64,000 nt of DNA, taken from NCBI GenBank assembly GCA_002083645.1, contig MSXQ01000013.1, positions 10,769 to 74,768 of the forward strand, in the 5' to 3' direction. This document shows, one piece after another, positions 62,955 through 64,000 of the stretch (its first letter is position 1; every line of letters begins with the position of its first letter). A program made the translations under genes and the position numbers. Origin of the DNA: Proteobacteria bacterium ST_bin13 (GTDB taxonomy: Bacteria > Pseudomonadota > Alphaproteobacteria > Sphingomonadales > Sphingomonadaceae). Under the pieces are notes generated by a model. It was not told the DNA's origin. It ran no database searches and saw only the letters and a program-made list of their open reading frames with translations.

Positions 62955-63361
62955 TGCTCATCGTCGATGCAAGCGTCGTGATGAAATTGCTGACGCGTGA
63001 AGGGGGATCGACGATCGCGATCGATCGAGTCAGTCGAGCGCAGGAACGGACTGCGCCAGATTGGATACAAGCAGAAATCGCAAGCGCACTAGCCAAAAAG
63101 GTGCGCTACGCAGGGCTGCCAGTTGAATCTGCCAAAGAGGCATTTGCGGCGCTGCCATTGATCATGCCCGACCTTGCGCCCACTGCGCCGCTGTTAGGGT
63201 CGGCGATTGAGCTTTCGGTCGAGCTATCGCACGCGCTGTACGATTGTTTGTATTTGGCGCTTGCGCTGCAAACCGGGGGCAAAATGCTCACCGCTGACCA
63301 CAAGTTCGTGACAGTTGTCAGCTTGTCGCAGTATCATGGTCGAGTGGAGCTACTGGAATGA
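62954..63361 (+). CDS. vapC: PIN-domain toxin (VapC family)
   Basis: MLIVDASVVMKLL, YDCLYLALA, LTADHKF. Confidence 0.8.
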   Translation: MLIVDASVVMKLLTREGGSTIAIDRVSRAQERTAPDWIQAEIASALAKKVRYAGLPVESAKEAFAALPLIMPDLAPTAPLLGSAIELSVELSHALYDCLYLALALQTGGKMLTADHKFVTVVSLSQYHGRVELLE

Positions 63362-63801
63362 TGACGGAGCATATTGGAGGCGGCTGCCGCTGCGGCGCGT
63401 GCCGTTACACGTTGGCGGTTGATACGATGCCCCCGGTCTATGCCTGTCATTGCCAGCATTGCCAGACCTGGTCGGGCAGCGCCTTTACCGAACAGGCGAT
63501 GATCCGCAGCGACGCCATCACCGCCACGGGGCCTATCGTGGAATATGCCGCAGAAAGGCCGAGCGGAGGTGTTTCGACCCAGCATGTCTGCAGCGTCTGT
63601 CATACGCGGCTGTGGAATACCAACACGGTGTGGCCAATGATGGCGGTAGTACGCGCGGGGACGCTTGACGCTGCCGAGACGCTCAGCCCGCTGATGCACA
63701 TCTGGACCAAGCGCAAACAGCCTTGGCTGACCATTGATCCCGCCGTGCCAAGCTTCCCAGAAAATGCGCCCCCCGCCGCGTTCATGAAGTTGATGGCATG
63801 A
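63358..63801 (+). CDS. GFA-family (CENP-V/glutathione-dependent formaldehyde-activating-like) zinc protein
   Basis: GGCRCGACRY ... CHCQHCQ ... CSVCHTRLW cysteine pattern. ATGA overlap with the PIN toxin gene. Confidence 0.8.
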   Translation: MMTEHIGGGCRCGACRYTLAVDTMPPVYACHCQHCQTWSGSAFTEQAMIRSDAITATGPIVEYAAERPSGGVSTQHVCSVCHTRLWNTNTVWPMMAVVRAGTLDAAETLSPLMHIWTKRKQPWLTIDPAVPSFPENAPPAAFMKLMA

Positions 63802-64000
63802 CAGACCCGACCATCCACCATTATGCCGGTTTTGACGGTGCCGATCTTGTCTGGCGGGAGATCGGGGAGGGGCGGCCGGTGCTGCTGCTGCATGGGCTGT
63901 TCTCCGACGCCAACACCAACTGGATCAAATACGGCCATGCCGCCGCGATTGTCGCGCGCGGCTTTCGCGCGATCATGCCAGACCTGCGCGCGCATGGCGA
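63798..64000 (+). CDS. Alpha/beta hydrolase, 3' end cut by window edge
   Basis: ATGA overlap upstream. MTDPTIHHYAGFDGADLVWREIGEGRPVLLLHGLFSD..., open to the window end. Confidence 0.65.
   Translation, partial: MTDPTIHHYAGFDGADLVWREIGEGRPVLLLHGLFSDANTNWIKYGHAAAIVARGFRAIMPDLRAHG

Overview
High-GC chromosomal segment whose gene content looks alphaproteobacterial, most likely Sphingomonadales-like. This is inferred from ChpT, RpoH, the mtaB-ftsY-yciB arrangement, the Ala/Glu-rich S16 tail and typical REP-like palindromes; no search was run. I call about 75 protein genes, two structured RNA genes (SRP 4.5S RNA near 20.1 kb, RNase P RNA at 33.3-33.7 kb), and no rRNA, tRNA, CRISPR, transposase or integrase.

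Main blocks:
- 1-11.5 kb: a canonical exosortase A (XrtA)/PEP-CTERM exopolysaccharide locus.
- 12-14.5 kb: ornithine decarboxylase plus a deoxyhypusine-synthase-like gene, which together look like a homospermidine route.
- 17-19.8 kb: two NifS-like cysteine desulfurases plus a ferredoxin.
- 20-22.4 kb: ffs-dnaX-ybaB.
- 22.6-25.3 kb: mtgA, rpoH, rluD.
- 25.8-31.7 kb: chpT followed by a receptor-less cheAWYBR cluster.
- 33.7-36 kb: a SulP transporter coupled to a beta-carbonic anhydrase.
- 39.3-43.6 kb: a sigma-54/PspF-controlled psp locus.
- 44.4-51.6 kb: mtaB-ftsY-yciB, a GGDEF-EAL protein, and ffh-rpsP-rimM.
- 51.6-55.1 kb: a 3.5-kb accessory insert splitting rimM from trmD-rplS.
- 56.4-61.6 kb: two DUF418 paralogues flanking a DPP-IV peptidase.
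- 61.6-64 kb: asd, a second PIN/RHH toxin-antitoxin pair, a GFA protein and a truncated hydrolase.

The best candidate for something undescribed is the psp locus. After pspA-pspB-pspC come five tandem mini-genes. Each encodes one transmembrane (TM) helix plus the same C-terminal leucine-zipper tail found on the local PspC and PspB. The whole unit is preceded by a near-consensus sigma-54 promoter, a 52-codon leader ORF and a strong stem-loop.

Secondary leads:
- A vapBC module is translationally coupled to the essential trmD gene.
- A DUF1399-like / TIGR04222 (Gly-Cys tail) membrane protein pair sits inside the ribosomal operon.
- Orphan intrinsic-terminator-like hairpins lie in the ffh and ODC leaders.
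- Several families of nested palindromic repeats are present.

All calls come from reading the sequence and the translations; no database search was possible.
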